Shown here: piece by piece, positions 38,169 to 50,530 of the stretch
Layout: each line of letters begins with the position of its first letter
Position numbering within the stretch: position 1 is the stretch's first letter
Assembly: GCA_950097015.1 (NCBI GenBank)
Contig: CATNEN010000025.1
Span: 5,208,001 to 5,272,000, forward strand
Direction of reading: 5' to 3'
Length of the DNA stretch: 64,000 bases
DNA from: Macrostomum hystrix
Taxonomy: Eukaryota; Animalia; Platyhelminthes
Made by a program: the position numbers and the translations under genes
The notes under the pieces: generated by a model
Database searches by the model: none
Told to the model about the DNA's origin: nothing
The model's input: the letters and a program-made list of their open reading frames with translations, nothing else

Positions 38169-41100
38169 ATGTCGCGACCACTAGCCCAGTCTGTACTATT
38201 AGACGCTGACGAGAGCGTTGCCGATCTGCTAAAAAAGTTTCCCAATTTGGGAGTGGACGGCGGCACAGTTGGCAAGGATGAACTGCGCGAAGCTCTAGAA
38301 ATTATGGGCGCCAAGGTGTCCGGCTTTGAACTTCGCGACATGCTGAAGGAGTTAATGCCAACGGCTACAACCTTTGATAAGGACGCTCTGGTCAAGCTCT
38401 ACTGCCAGGTGAAAATGAAGCAGCCTGATCGAAGCGTGAAGGACTCCAAGAAGATGCTGCACAATCCGGAAGAGAAGCAGACGATTACGGTAAGCAGGCG
38501 GCTGACAAACTCCTAGTTTGCTGCGTTAAATTATTTTTACACTTAAAACCTTTTAAAAGGTAAAATGGCGCGCGTGAAAGTTAAAATGACAGAGTTAAAA
38601 GTTTTGAAAGGATGTAGTCAACAATCAATAGTAACTAATACCATTGAGGGATCGTGGGCACAAGTGAAGGACAAGTTCCGGAGAATGCATTGCACAAGTG
38701 ACGCACTATTTGAGACTCACTCACCTGAACAAGTATCTCTGGCGCCGCCTCTTCCCGGAGAAGACGTTTGGCAACTTCCTCTACTGGGTTGCCCATTGTT
38801 GATTGTTGACTACATCCTTTTAAAACTTTCTTTAGTCGATTGATTGATCCCATTGATCGGTTAATAGATTGATAGATTAATTGATCCTTCATGGGGTCCT
38901 GCAGATAAAAACCATGCAGAACATTCATTTGATGGATTGTTTGCTGGCTACAAACCCTAGACCCTTCAGTTGATTGATTGACCTGTTCAGTTGATCGATT
39001 GATTGATTAATAGCTACAATCCAGATCCTTCAGTTGATTGCTAGCTACAACTCCTGATTGGTTGTTTGACTATTGATTGACCTGTTAATTTTCAGTTGGT
39101 TGATTGATTGCTACCACCCCTGATTGATCAGAATATTGATTGATCTGTTTAGCTGATTTATTGATTAATTGATAGCTACAACCCTGATCCTTCAGTTGGT
39201 TGATTGATAGCTTCCACCCCTGATCGGTTGATTAATTGATCTGTTAAGTTGATTTATTGATTAATTGATAGCTACAACCCTGATCGTTCAGTTGATCGAT
39301 TGATTGCGACCACTCCTGATCGGTTGATTGATTGACCTGTTCAGTTGATTATTTGATAGATTGCTGCAGACGCAGATTATTCAGCAAACTGGTGGATTGA
39401 TTGATTATCGATTTTCACGAAACCAGATCCCTCAGTTGATTAAAAAACTACGAACACTAGCCTTTAAGCTTTTAAAGGCCATTTGACAATGCATGTAAAC
39501 GCATAACACACTGCCTAGCAACAATAGTGCTAGTCGAAGACTCAACTCAGATTTGCTCGATTATGGATTTAGCAATGACAAAAGTTCACGCCTTAGCTAG
39601 CTGAACTCATATCTCGGGTCGTACATAAAATATTTATTTAAATGCGTATTTACTAGTATACTTTATTAGCTCGTAATTGTTGCTAATATAGCCAACAACC
39701 TGGATCGCTATCTACACATCTGCTTATTTTCTTTCACTCTTACTTTTTAAGTTCCTACTCTTAATGGGCAATAATTTCTCAAATTTGCGTTTCAGCACAC
39801 GAACTGTAACTATCGTATACACAAAAAACACGTCTAAACTCCCCTACTCTACCAAATTGCGAGATTTCTGCTCTATAGGTGAATGCCTCATTTGAAACAC
39901 TTACATACTGCCTGCATGGTATTGTACTGGCTGTACCAGACTGATTTCATTTCTGCGCAATTTTTAAGCTCCAACATCATCGACTAGATTTAACAGTCGT
40001 AGTTCTAAAACACTGCCTATAATAATTAAGAATGCTTCGCATCATGGTCCATTCGTTTCTACTTGGCCAATAGGATTAGATCTCAGGTAGAGCCAACACG
40101 CCCAGGTTATGTTTATGTCTTGCCAAGCTCTGCTTCAACAAGCGTTAAATATATTGTCAGAAGAGCTGCGGACACACTATTTGGCTAACATTCTAAGTAG
40201 GTAGGCTGATAGTTATTGGAAAATAGCATATCATTGAACATAGCCATGACATCTGCAGTGCAAGATTATTTGCAGGCCCACGGTCGCAGACGATCGTCCT
40301 TCAATCATGGCGAGCTGCAGGTATGGCTTATAGATTATATTTATATTTATAAATCCTATTTCTAATGCTTGCTTCAGCGTCTCTATTTTCATCAACTGGA
40401 ACATAATATAATACGCAGTGCTATATGCGATAAAATTATATACGACATTTTATGCTTTGTAAAGAAGTCTTTGTTCTTTAAGCGACAAAATAAAAGATGC
40501 TATTCCAATCCTAAGATAAAGTCGTAGTTTTACGATTAGACTGATAATACGGGTAAAGCTGTAAAACATTTCTATATATATAGTTTTTTTAAAGCCTTCT
40601 TGTATAACACAATGATATACCCGAAATGTTATTTGCTTTTTACTTATTATGCTCACTTTATTAAGTAATCGATTTGCAAGCTCCAAATTCGGATCCTAAG
40701 GTTCGTTTGGGTGCTGTGATTCTATATGGCACATACCGCTAGAAAATTGTGTCTAAAGTTTACAATCCAACTTTTAAATCAACTCGTGTTACCAAATTCT
40801 TGTCTTTCTGTATATTTCCGTTGTAGTTTCCTGAACAAGAAAATATTGTGTTAACTGAAAATCTGCAAGCTGGTTTACAATTTCTTCCAGTTCTATAGAG
40901 GCGTGTTTACCAGCATTTTGCTACAATTTAAGTGTGACTAAAGTGTCAAACGCTATGGGTCACTATGGGACCATTTTACATTCACACTTAAACAGATCGA
41001 CAAATAAGTAGACGCAAGCAATGATAGGAGAATAATACTAGCTATTGATATAATAATATAATGCCATCATATTTATTGAGGATAGTCAACCTTCACTCCC

Positions 41101-42700
41101 GACAGTGTTGCGTGAGCTCATCATGCTCATTTAGCAACCAGTACTGCAGGTCATCGAGGTCATGTGGTGTTATCATTGTTATGCCACGAATTTCACGCCT
41201 CAAATCCCCCACCGCAGAAAATCGGCGGCACTGGCAATGAGTGGACTATGCACACCGTCGGCGACTCGGAGCGACGCGGCTACGCCGGCTGGATCAACAA
41301 GATGCTGGAGAAGGACCCGGACCTCGCCCATCTCCTGCCGGTCAACGGCAACACTGACGAACTCTACGAGAAGCTTGGCGACGGCCTGGTGCTGTGCAAG
41401 CTGATCAACAGCGCCGTGCCGGACACCATCCACGAGAAGGCCATGAACAAGCTCGCCCAGTTGAAGGGCGGCTCCTCCGGCTTCCGCATGCACGAGAACC
41501 TTGTGCTGGCCGTCAACTCGGCTGAGTCGATCGGCTGCTGCATAGTCAACATCGGCGCCAACGACATCAAAGAATGCCGGCCCCACATCATCCTAGGCCT
41601 CATCTGGCAGATCATTCGCATCGGCCTCATGAAGGACATCGCTCTCTCGCAGCACAAGGAGCTGGCAGCCCTCCTGCTGCCCGGCGAAACGCTGGAGGAC
41701 CTCAAGCAGCTGAGCCCTGAGGAGCTGCTTCTGCGGTGGGTCAACTACCAGCTAGCCAAGGCTGGCACTGACAAGCGGGTGCACAACTTCAAGGACGACA
41801 TCATGGATTCGGAGGCCTACGCGCACCTGCTGTCCCAGATTGCCCCGGCTGACAAGCGCGGTGAACTGCGCAGCCCGCAGGAGGTTTTGGCCAGCTCCGA
41901 CCGCATCAAACGCGCCGACGGCGTTTTGGCCAACGCCGACAAACTGGACGCAGCCGTGTTTGTAGTCTCCGAGGACATCGCCTACGCCAATGAGCCAGGC
42001 CGCAATCGAGAGAAGCTCAACATGGCCTTCGTGGCCAACCTGTTCAACAACTACCCCGCGATGGAGGCCGTTCACGATGTCGACGTCGAAGTGATCGAAG
42101 AGACGCTGGAAGAGAAGACTTACCGCAACTGGATGAACAGCCTGGGCGTGTCGCCGTTCGTCAAGGATCTGTACTCGGACCTGCGCAACGGCCTCATCCT
42201 GCTGACACTCATGGACCACATCAAGCCGGGCGTTGTGCCCTGGCCAAAGGTGTGCAAAACCTTCGTGCCAAACAAGAAGCTATTCCAGTGGCAGGCCAAC
42301 TGCAATTATGTCATCGAGTGCGGCCACAAGATCGGCCTGCCAATGACCAACATCGGCGCCGAGGACATTCGCGACGGTGACAGGAAGCTGACACTCGGCC
42401 TGGTGTTCCAGATGATGCGCGCCTACACCTTGTCCCTGCTCATGCAGCTCACTGGAGGCAACAGGAAGATCGACGACGACGAGATCATCCACTGGGCCAA
42501 CCAGAAGCTCGAGGCCGCCGGCAAGACCGCCCGGGTGAAGAGCTTCAAGGTGAGCGCGCTTGTGGCCCCGACTACATTTAAAAGTTTCTCCCCTCCCCTT
42601 CTCTTCTCTCCCTTCCTCTCATCTCTCTTCTCTGCCTTTGTACTTGCCGCAGCTATTGTGTAGCGCTGTTCAGTCCATGGACTGGGACTCTGGGAGACGC

Positions 42701-42734
<34 letters not shown>

Positions 42735-45700
42735 CCATTACCCCTGGTAATGCGGGTACCCATTTAAGAGCTGGGTAAACAAAAACAATGCTGTGTTTTG
42801 TGACTCGCTAAAGAACACAAATTGCTCCGGTGGAGTTGAGAATCGAACCCCCGACCTTCAAGGCGTAAGTCCGACGGTCTGAACAGTAGGCTACAACTAC
42901 TACTTGTAGATAAAAAAAATTTGTTTAACTTCTTTTTCTTTTTTTATTATTTGCCTAAGAAAATATGACCCAGCCGTAGCATGGAGGATGCCAATTAAAG
43001 CGAAGTCCATTTATATGACTAATGATACTCGCTCTAGATACTGGCTTAATTCTGGGTAAAAAAACGCCCTTCCTTTTTCGAGTCTCCGCTTAATTTAGTA
43101 TCTAGAGCCTTTTAGCATCCTTGTTTTCTTTACCTGGCAAATTTGCGCAGATACGAACAATTTGTCATCTTCTGGGTCTTATTTGCCATAATCAGCTATT
43201 AGCGCTCTTGGCGTGAGTCTATTTTTAGTTACTAGGAGAGGCCGAAGTCTTCACTTTGATAATCAACCATTGTTTAGCAGCGACAGCACACAGTATTTAC
43301 ATTAGTAGGAAGTAAATTTCAGCCCTTATGGCGACCAGCTAAATATTCTCTCTTTCTTTTCTTCTTTTTCTAAGAACCGGCTCTTTTGTCTGCTTTTTAT
43401 GCAAAAAGGAAAGTTTTCTCTCCTGCTATCAACTTCTCTGACCAAGACTGAGTCATGATTAACAATTTCAAATTATGGGTTATAGAATATTTATCGATGC
43501 GAGATACAGTTTAGTCTAATTATAGTACTCGAAGACGTATCTAAAACAATTGTCTGTACGAGCGTGAATTTGTATTTTGGTTTCCTTAAAAAACGCTCGC
43601 AGCTTAAAACTTATCTGGCATCCCCAGACGGAGAAACACTAGTAACCAGCTGAGAAACCTGAGAGAAACACTAGTGACCAGCTGAGAAACCTGAGAGAAA
43701 CACTAGTGACCAGCTGAGAAACCTGAGAGAAACACTAGTGACCAGCTGAGAAACCTGAGAGAAACACTAGTGACCAGCTGAGAAACCTGAGAGAAACACT
43801 AGTAACCAGCTGAGAAACCTGAGAGAAACACTAGTGACCAGCTGAAGAACCTGAGAGAAACACTAGTGACCAGCTGACAAAACCTGAGAGAAACACTAGT
43901 GACCAGCTGACAAAACCTGAGAGAAACACTAGTAACCAGCTGAGAAACCTCACAGATAATATATAACTAGATTGGTCACTCAGTTAATTTTCTCTCACAC
44001 TACTCTTAGGACCAGCCATCAGTAGTAAAAATAGCCAAAAAATAAAATCAAGTTAGAAAATTTTGTAAAATAGTATTTTGATAGCAAGAAACTTGATATG
44101 CATGAGCACACTATTCATTTTATTTCTGACATCAATGTATATTGTAGTAATTGTAGTATTGTAGTAATTATTGTAGTATGTTCTAATGTTTTTATGCAAA
44201 ACAGGAGCAAAATTAGCAGTACAGTTAAAAAAATACAATTATAGCAAGTTTACATAGCAAAGTTAACGAGAAAATTACATAACAAAATTACATTCAAAAG
44301 GCTACAAGTTCATATGACTCGGGCACTCGAGCTAGAAGTTCATATGACAAGTTCACATTAATTTATACACCTGCACCTTGTCAGCAGAGGCACTTGCATT
44401 CACAGAAGCTAGGAGCTGGCTCACGTTTCCTTCGTCGATTGCAGCTGTGCACTCGTCATCCTGGCAGTTCCGGCCTTGTGCAGTTGATTGCACCAGTCCA
44501 CTTGCGGCGATTGATCGAAGTGCGCTAAGAAATGGTGTGACTTCTGGCTTGTCGTTGAACCCGTTGTGTCCTCGAACAAGGCTGAAGAGGTTCTGTGTAA
44601 ATGAAAGCAGCAAGTATAGCACAAAACAAGCAAGCGAGTAGATGCCTCATGACGCAATGCGGGGCAGCTGTAAGCCGAATCGTCGAAATGTGCACTGCAG
44701 ACTTTCAACTCGCGCTGTCGAATCGCTGTAAGCTCTAAATCCAGCTCCAGAATTCCTTTCCATTGAGTAGCCACCGCGTCATCTGCTGGGAATCTGTGCA
44801 TTCGCACAGGAGTTCTGGTATCGCCAGTGTATGCGTGAGCTGTATTTGTGCAGGTGGCTGCACAGCACCTTTTTGAGCTGAATGTAAAATTATGCGTCGG
44901 CATGGCCCAGGACAAAGGAAGGACAAGAAATTGGGCTTGGTCAAATACTCTTAAAACAATTAAGAGAAACGCTACGCTTATATTGAGATTGTTTCACAAG
45001 ACGCATAGTGCGTACGGCAATGTTGAGGTTTCCTTCGCGATATTATTTTTTAAATGGATTTGAATTCGCGCGTCCACAGAGATGTTTAATATGACGTGGC
45101 AAGTGCCATAGAATGAAGCTGACGTGGCTGAAATAGCCACTGATATTTAGTCACTGATATTTTTTTGTTGTAATTTGCATTTACACTACCGTCCTAAGAG
45201 TAGTATCCATTTTGCACCCACAGCGAGATGGAGAGTGACCAATCTAGTTATATATTATCTGTGAGAAACCTGAGATAAACACTAGTGACCAGCTGAAGAA
45301 CCTGAGAGAAACACTAGTGACCAGCTGACAAAACCTGAGAGAAACACTAGTGACCAGCTGAGAAACCTGAGAGAAACACTAGTAACCAGCTGAGAAACCT
45401 GAGAGAAACACTAGTGACCAGCTGAAGAACCTGAGAGAAACACTAGTGACCAGCTGACAAAACCTGAGAGAAACACTAGTGACCAGCTGACAAAACCTGA
45501 GAGAAACACTAGTAACCAGCTGAGAAACCTGAGATAAACACTAGTGACCAGCTGGGAAGCCTGAGAGAAACACTAGTGACCAGCTGAAGAACCTGAGAGA
45601 AACACTAAGTGACCAGCTAAGAAACCAGAGAGAAACACTAGTAACCAGCTGACAAAACCTGAGAGAAACACTAGTAACCAGCTGAGAAACCTGAGAGAAA

Positions 45701-46346
45701 CACTAGTGACCAGCTGGAAAGCCTGAGAGAAACACTAGTGACCAGCTGAAGAACCTGAGAGAAACACTCAGTGACCAGCTAAGAAACCTGAGAGAAACAC
45801 TAGTAACCAGCTGAGAAACCTGAGAGAAACACTAGTGACCAGCTGACAAAACCTGAGAGAAACACTAGTGACCAGCGAAAAACCTGAGGGAAACACAAGT
45901 GACCAGCTGATGAACCCAAGGGAATCACTAGCTGATGAACCCAAGGGAATCACTAGCTGATGAACCCAAGGGAATCACTAGCTGATGAACCCAAGGGAAT
46001 CACTAGCTGAAGAACCTCAGAGGAATTTTCAAGTTTGGTTAGATAACCTGGAAACGATCATATGTGCCTCAACGCGGACCCCCTGCAGGACCCGGCCCTG
46101 GCGGACGGCATGGTAATCCTAGAGCTGGCGGACGCCATCAAGCCCAGCACAATTGACACCTCTGTGGCGGCCGGCATGAAGGACCAGCTGGATCGTGCAC
46201 GGTTCATCCTCAGCAAGAGCCGCATGATCGGCGGCCGAATCTACGCTCTGCCTGAGCACGTGGTTCAGGTGAACAAGAACATGATCATGACGGTGTTCGC
46301 CTGTCTAATGATTCTGGACTTCCAGATCAACAAGGCCCGCGCCTGA
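38169..46346 (+). CDS. PLS3: Plastin/fimbrin (headpiece plus 4 CH domains), ~636 aa; exons 38169-38489, 41218-42549, 46089-46346
   Basis: Hallmarks KIGGT, WINKMLEKDPDL, DGLVLCKLIN-AVPDTI, ENLVLAVNSAESIGC-IVNIGA, LGLIWQIIRIGL, LSPEELLLRWVNYQL, EEKTYRNWMNSLGV, LTLGLVFQMMRAYTL and IYALPE---VN-NMIMTVFACLM. Both introns are phase-0 GT-AG. The vertebrate paralog (PLS1/PLS3/LCP1) cannot be resolved. Confidence 0.95.
38855..39445. repeat. Degenerate (TTGA)-rich repeat array in plastin intron 1
   Basis: Recurring ctacaaccctgatccttcagttgattgattga-like units. Confidence 0.7.
40246..40320 (+). CDS. Candidate alternative first coding exon of plastin (MTSAVQDYLQAHGRRRSSFNHGELQ)
   Basis: gccATG context, exactly 25 codons and a strong donor CAG|GTATGG. 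The phase-0 donor is compatible with the 41218 acceptor. It is a GC-rich island inside an AT-rich intron. Confidence 0.55.
42590..42903 (-). mobile_element. Second tRNA-derived SINE family with a CORE-like central domain and (TG)n
   Basis: Head GTAGTAGTTGTAGCCTACTG...GGTTCGATTCTC (B box). It is followed by gtgttctttagcgagtcac...gtttacccagctcttaaatgggtacc, which resembles the CORE-SINE CCTTGGGCAAGTCAC...CTGTAAATGGG. Then come (TG)n and a purine-rich tail. Confidence 0.6.
43631..46018. repeat. 32-bp minisatellite (gagaaacactagtgaccagctgagaaacctga)n in plastin intron 2, split by a P-like element and ending in four 25-bp derivative units
   Basis: ~10 units at 43631-43950 and ~20 units at 45264-45900, then (gctgatgaacccaagggaatcacta)x4. 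Confidence 0.95.
43951..45263 (-). mobile_element. Non-autonomous P-element (THAP9-like) deletion derivative, 1313 bp
   Basis: Perfect 31-bp TIR CACAGATAATATATAACTAGATTGGTCACTC and perfect 8-bp TSD AGAAACCT (43943-50, 45264-71). Subterminal inverted 13-mer ctactcttaggac / gtcctaagagtag. THAP domain (CCAATC...RFP...W...KVCSAHF) at ~44900-44650 fused to a transposase C-terminal remnant (NLFSLVRGHNGFNDKP...NCQDD). Confidence 0.9.
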
Positions 46347-47404
46347 AGTGCGGATCAATGGCTATAAAGTACTCTGAGACTTTGTTTTTAAAACCTGATT
46401 TGTCTATGGAATTTTTGGGTTCGAAGAGTATAGTTTTAAAGTACAATTTTTCCTATCACTTTCTTAGCGTCACAGAAAAGAGGCCATAATTCTTAGCCAG
46501 ACAAACCGAATGAGGGCTCGTTCTGTTTGCCTGTTCCCCTTGAAATATATTTGTACATTTTCATTCGCCATTAAAGTCCTTGCTCACACACACCTGTATA
46601 CGTAACGTTTTTTCAGCTAATTAGAAATAGAAAGATATCATTCAGATTAACAAATAAAAAATATTCAGCCCGCAGTCGTGATTGATTGTTAGATTAGTCT
46701 CCTATCATCGCACTGTCAGCTTTCGGTCTTATAATGAATTGTAATAACAGCCAGGTACTAACTGTCTTATTAGTACTCACCAATTATCTGTTATAATCTG
46801 TGTTGCCACCTGATACAAATTCACCTACCATACCTGCAATCCACATTGAGCTATGATCACTATTGCCCATTCCGATTCTTATTGTATCTTTGATTAGCAT
46901 CGCGACAATTTTTTGTTTAAAAAATGATAAATCGAATTTTGGCGCTCCCACTACAAATGCGACACTGTTTCATTGTGCTGTTACAGTTTATTTACTCAGA
47001 TTCGAGGTTACAACTCATTTATTCTAACTTCCTGCTGCTGCTGTTATTTTTTTAATCCTAGTTACATATTTTTTAAAAACTTTTTTATTTGCGCTTCCGA
47101 GGTTTAATAAAAAACAACACTACTTTGCCGTAATTTGTCAATAATAAGATTCAACAAAACAATTGTAACTTTACATTAAAAATAGTGCTGCACAATAATC
47201 AGTTAACTGTTAATTATAGTATCAATCGATATTATTAGGCTGATAAGTGACCAGCGTCTAATATTAAACGTCGTTAATGAAATTTCATTTTGATGACACC
47301 CCAAGAAACTTTGTAATGATTCACTGATGTCCGGCGGTCTAAGGACAGACGCGATGTGTGGCTATACTTAGTGAGGCATTCTATGATCTGGAGTGATACA
47401 CGGA

Positions 47405-48255
47405 TCGTCTGTGGATCTGGTGTGTCAGTCTGTGGATCTGGTGTGTCAGTCTGTGGATCTGGCGTGTCACTCTGTGGATTTGGTGTGTCACTCTGTGGAT
47501 CTGGTGTGTCACTCTGTGGATCTGGTGTGTCACTCTGTGGATCTGGTGGGTCAGTATGTGGATCTAGTGTGTCACTCTGTGGATCTGGTGTGTCACTCTG
47601 TGGATCTGGTGGGTCAGTATGTGGATCTGGTGTGTCAGTATGTGGATCTGGTGGGTCAGTATGTGGATCTGGTGTGTCACTCTGTGGATCTGGTGTGTCA
47701 GTATGTGGATCTGGTGGGTCAGTATGTGGATCTGGTGTGTCAGTATGTGGATCTGGTGTGTCACTCTGTGGATCTGGTGGGTCACTCTGTGGATCTGGTG
47801 GGTCACTCTGTGGATCTGGTGGGTCACTCTGTGGATCTGGTGGGTCACTCTGTGGATCTGGTGTGTCACTCTGTGGATCTGGTGGGTCAGTATGTGGATC
47901 TGGTGTGTCAGTATGTGGATCTGGTGGGTCACTCTGTGGATCTGGTGGGTCAGTATGTGGATCTGGTGTGTCAGTATGTGGATCTGGGGTGTCACTCTGT
48001 GGATCTGGTGTGTCACTCTGTGGATCTGGTGGGTCAGTATGTGGATCTGGTGTGTCAGTATGTGGATCTGGTGGGTCACTCTGTGGATCTGGTGGGTCAG
48101 TATGTGGATCTGGTGTGTCAGTATGTGGATCTGGGGTGTCACTCTGTGGATCTGGATTCTGGTGGGTCACTCTGTGGATCTGGTGGGTCAGTATGTGGAT
48201 CTGGTGTGTCACTCTGTGGATCTGGTGTGTCAGTCTGTGGATCTGGTGGGTCAGC
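47405..48255. repeat. 21-bp minisatellite (gtggatctggtgtgtcactct)n, ~40 copies
   Basis: Tandem copies with binary variants. The long ORFs on both strands are a by-product of the stop-poor unit. Confidence 0.95.
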
Positions 48256-49270
48256 TGTAGTGTGAAGATCTTAGTTATCTGTTTGAGGTAATTAGAATCT
48301 GGGCATGAAAACCAAACAAGAATATGTAGTGGCGTATTATCTTAGGAAAAAAATCCAAATAGCATTTTGTAACTTTGAAAATCTGTTTTCAGTTGTGTGC
48401 TGCAGTTGAATGCGCCAGGACACAACATTTAGTTATAAGTACTCGCAGAGGATGCAAAAAACGGGGGCATTCGACGTTGCGCATCAACCGTGAGATGATG
48501 CGCAAATCTAACTCCTGTGTATATTTTGCAGACTCAAAAAATAAATAGTTGATTTGCAGCTTTAACAAGATTTACAAGATTTCGTAGTGTGAACTCCAAG
48601 CTGAAATATAGCTGAACAAATACAATAATAAAACTTGTCGAGCATGCTAAATTGTGAAACAGAATTTCAGAGTACGAGTATTTTCATAACAAAATTGTTG
48701 CAAGCATTTTTGTGTATTGCAGTTTGAGCTTTCGGCTAAATGATTCAGTAGAATAGGGACAGAGAAGCTTTAAATCTCTGAGTGTGCGCAAGAGGTCAAA
48801 GCCAAATGTGTCTCGGCGTAAAGAATCATATCATGCTACTTTTTGAACAACAGTAGTCCGGTTAGCAATTTTCTAGCTCAATTTTTTTATCTGAATAAAA
48901 ATACACAATATAGATAGACGTACCTGAAAAATGAGACAGATAATAAATTAGTTGGAACAGGGAAGGGTTGGTTTCGTTACCAAACCACAGGTCGTAGGTT
49001 AGGACCACAGCTCGAACGCCAAAAATCCTACTTAGACTAAATTAACAACCTAAAATCTGCAATATCATATGCACTTCATAGAATGAAAAGCAGTCATTAC
49101 CGAAGCAATGGGCATTATAAATTTAATTCGGCATAATTAACAATAAAACAGCGTGACAATCAGAGACCTAAAACGGAACATGAATCGCAGTTCTGCACAT
49201 CGATTAGTTAGTCAAGTCGGTCACAAAAACTGTTGGCCAAGCCTAATGAGGCGAATTTCCCCGGTCAATC

Positions 49271-50474
<1,204 letters not shown>

Positions 50475-50530
50475 CTACGATAAAGCACTGCTACTTAAAG
50501 TAGACAAATCAGAAAGTGTTATAAAAATAT

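Noticed and set aside
42830-42903. Possible tRNA gene
   Set aside because: The acceptor and D stems do not pair, and the sequence continues into a SINE-like body; treated as a SINE head.
45906-46010. Hammerhead-like look of CTGATGA...GAA in the 25-bp unit and CTGAAGA...GAAAC in the 32-bp unit
   Set aside because: Helix II does not close, helix I has little or no complementarity, and the NUH site is mostly absent, so no valid hammerhead fold can be drawn.
47274-48291. Five long ORFs (192-312 aa) on both strands
   Set aside because: They lie wholly within the 21-bp tandem array and result from a stop-poor unit; there are no flanking splice signals or unique coding sequence.
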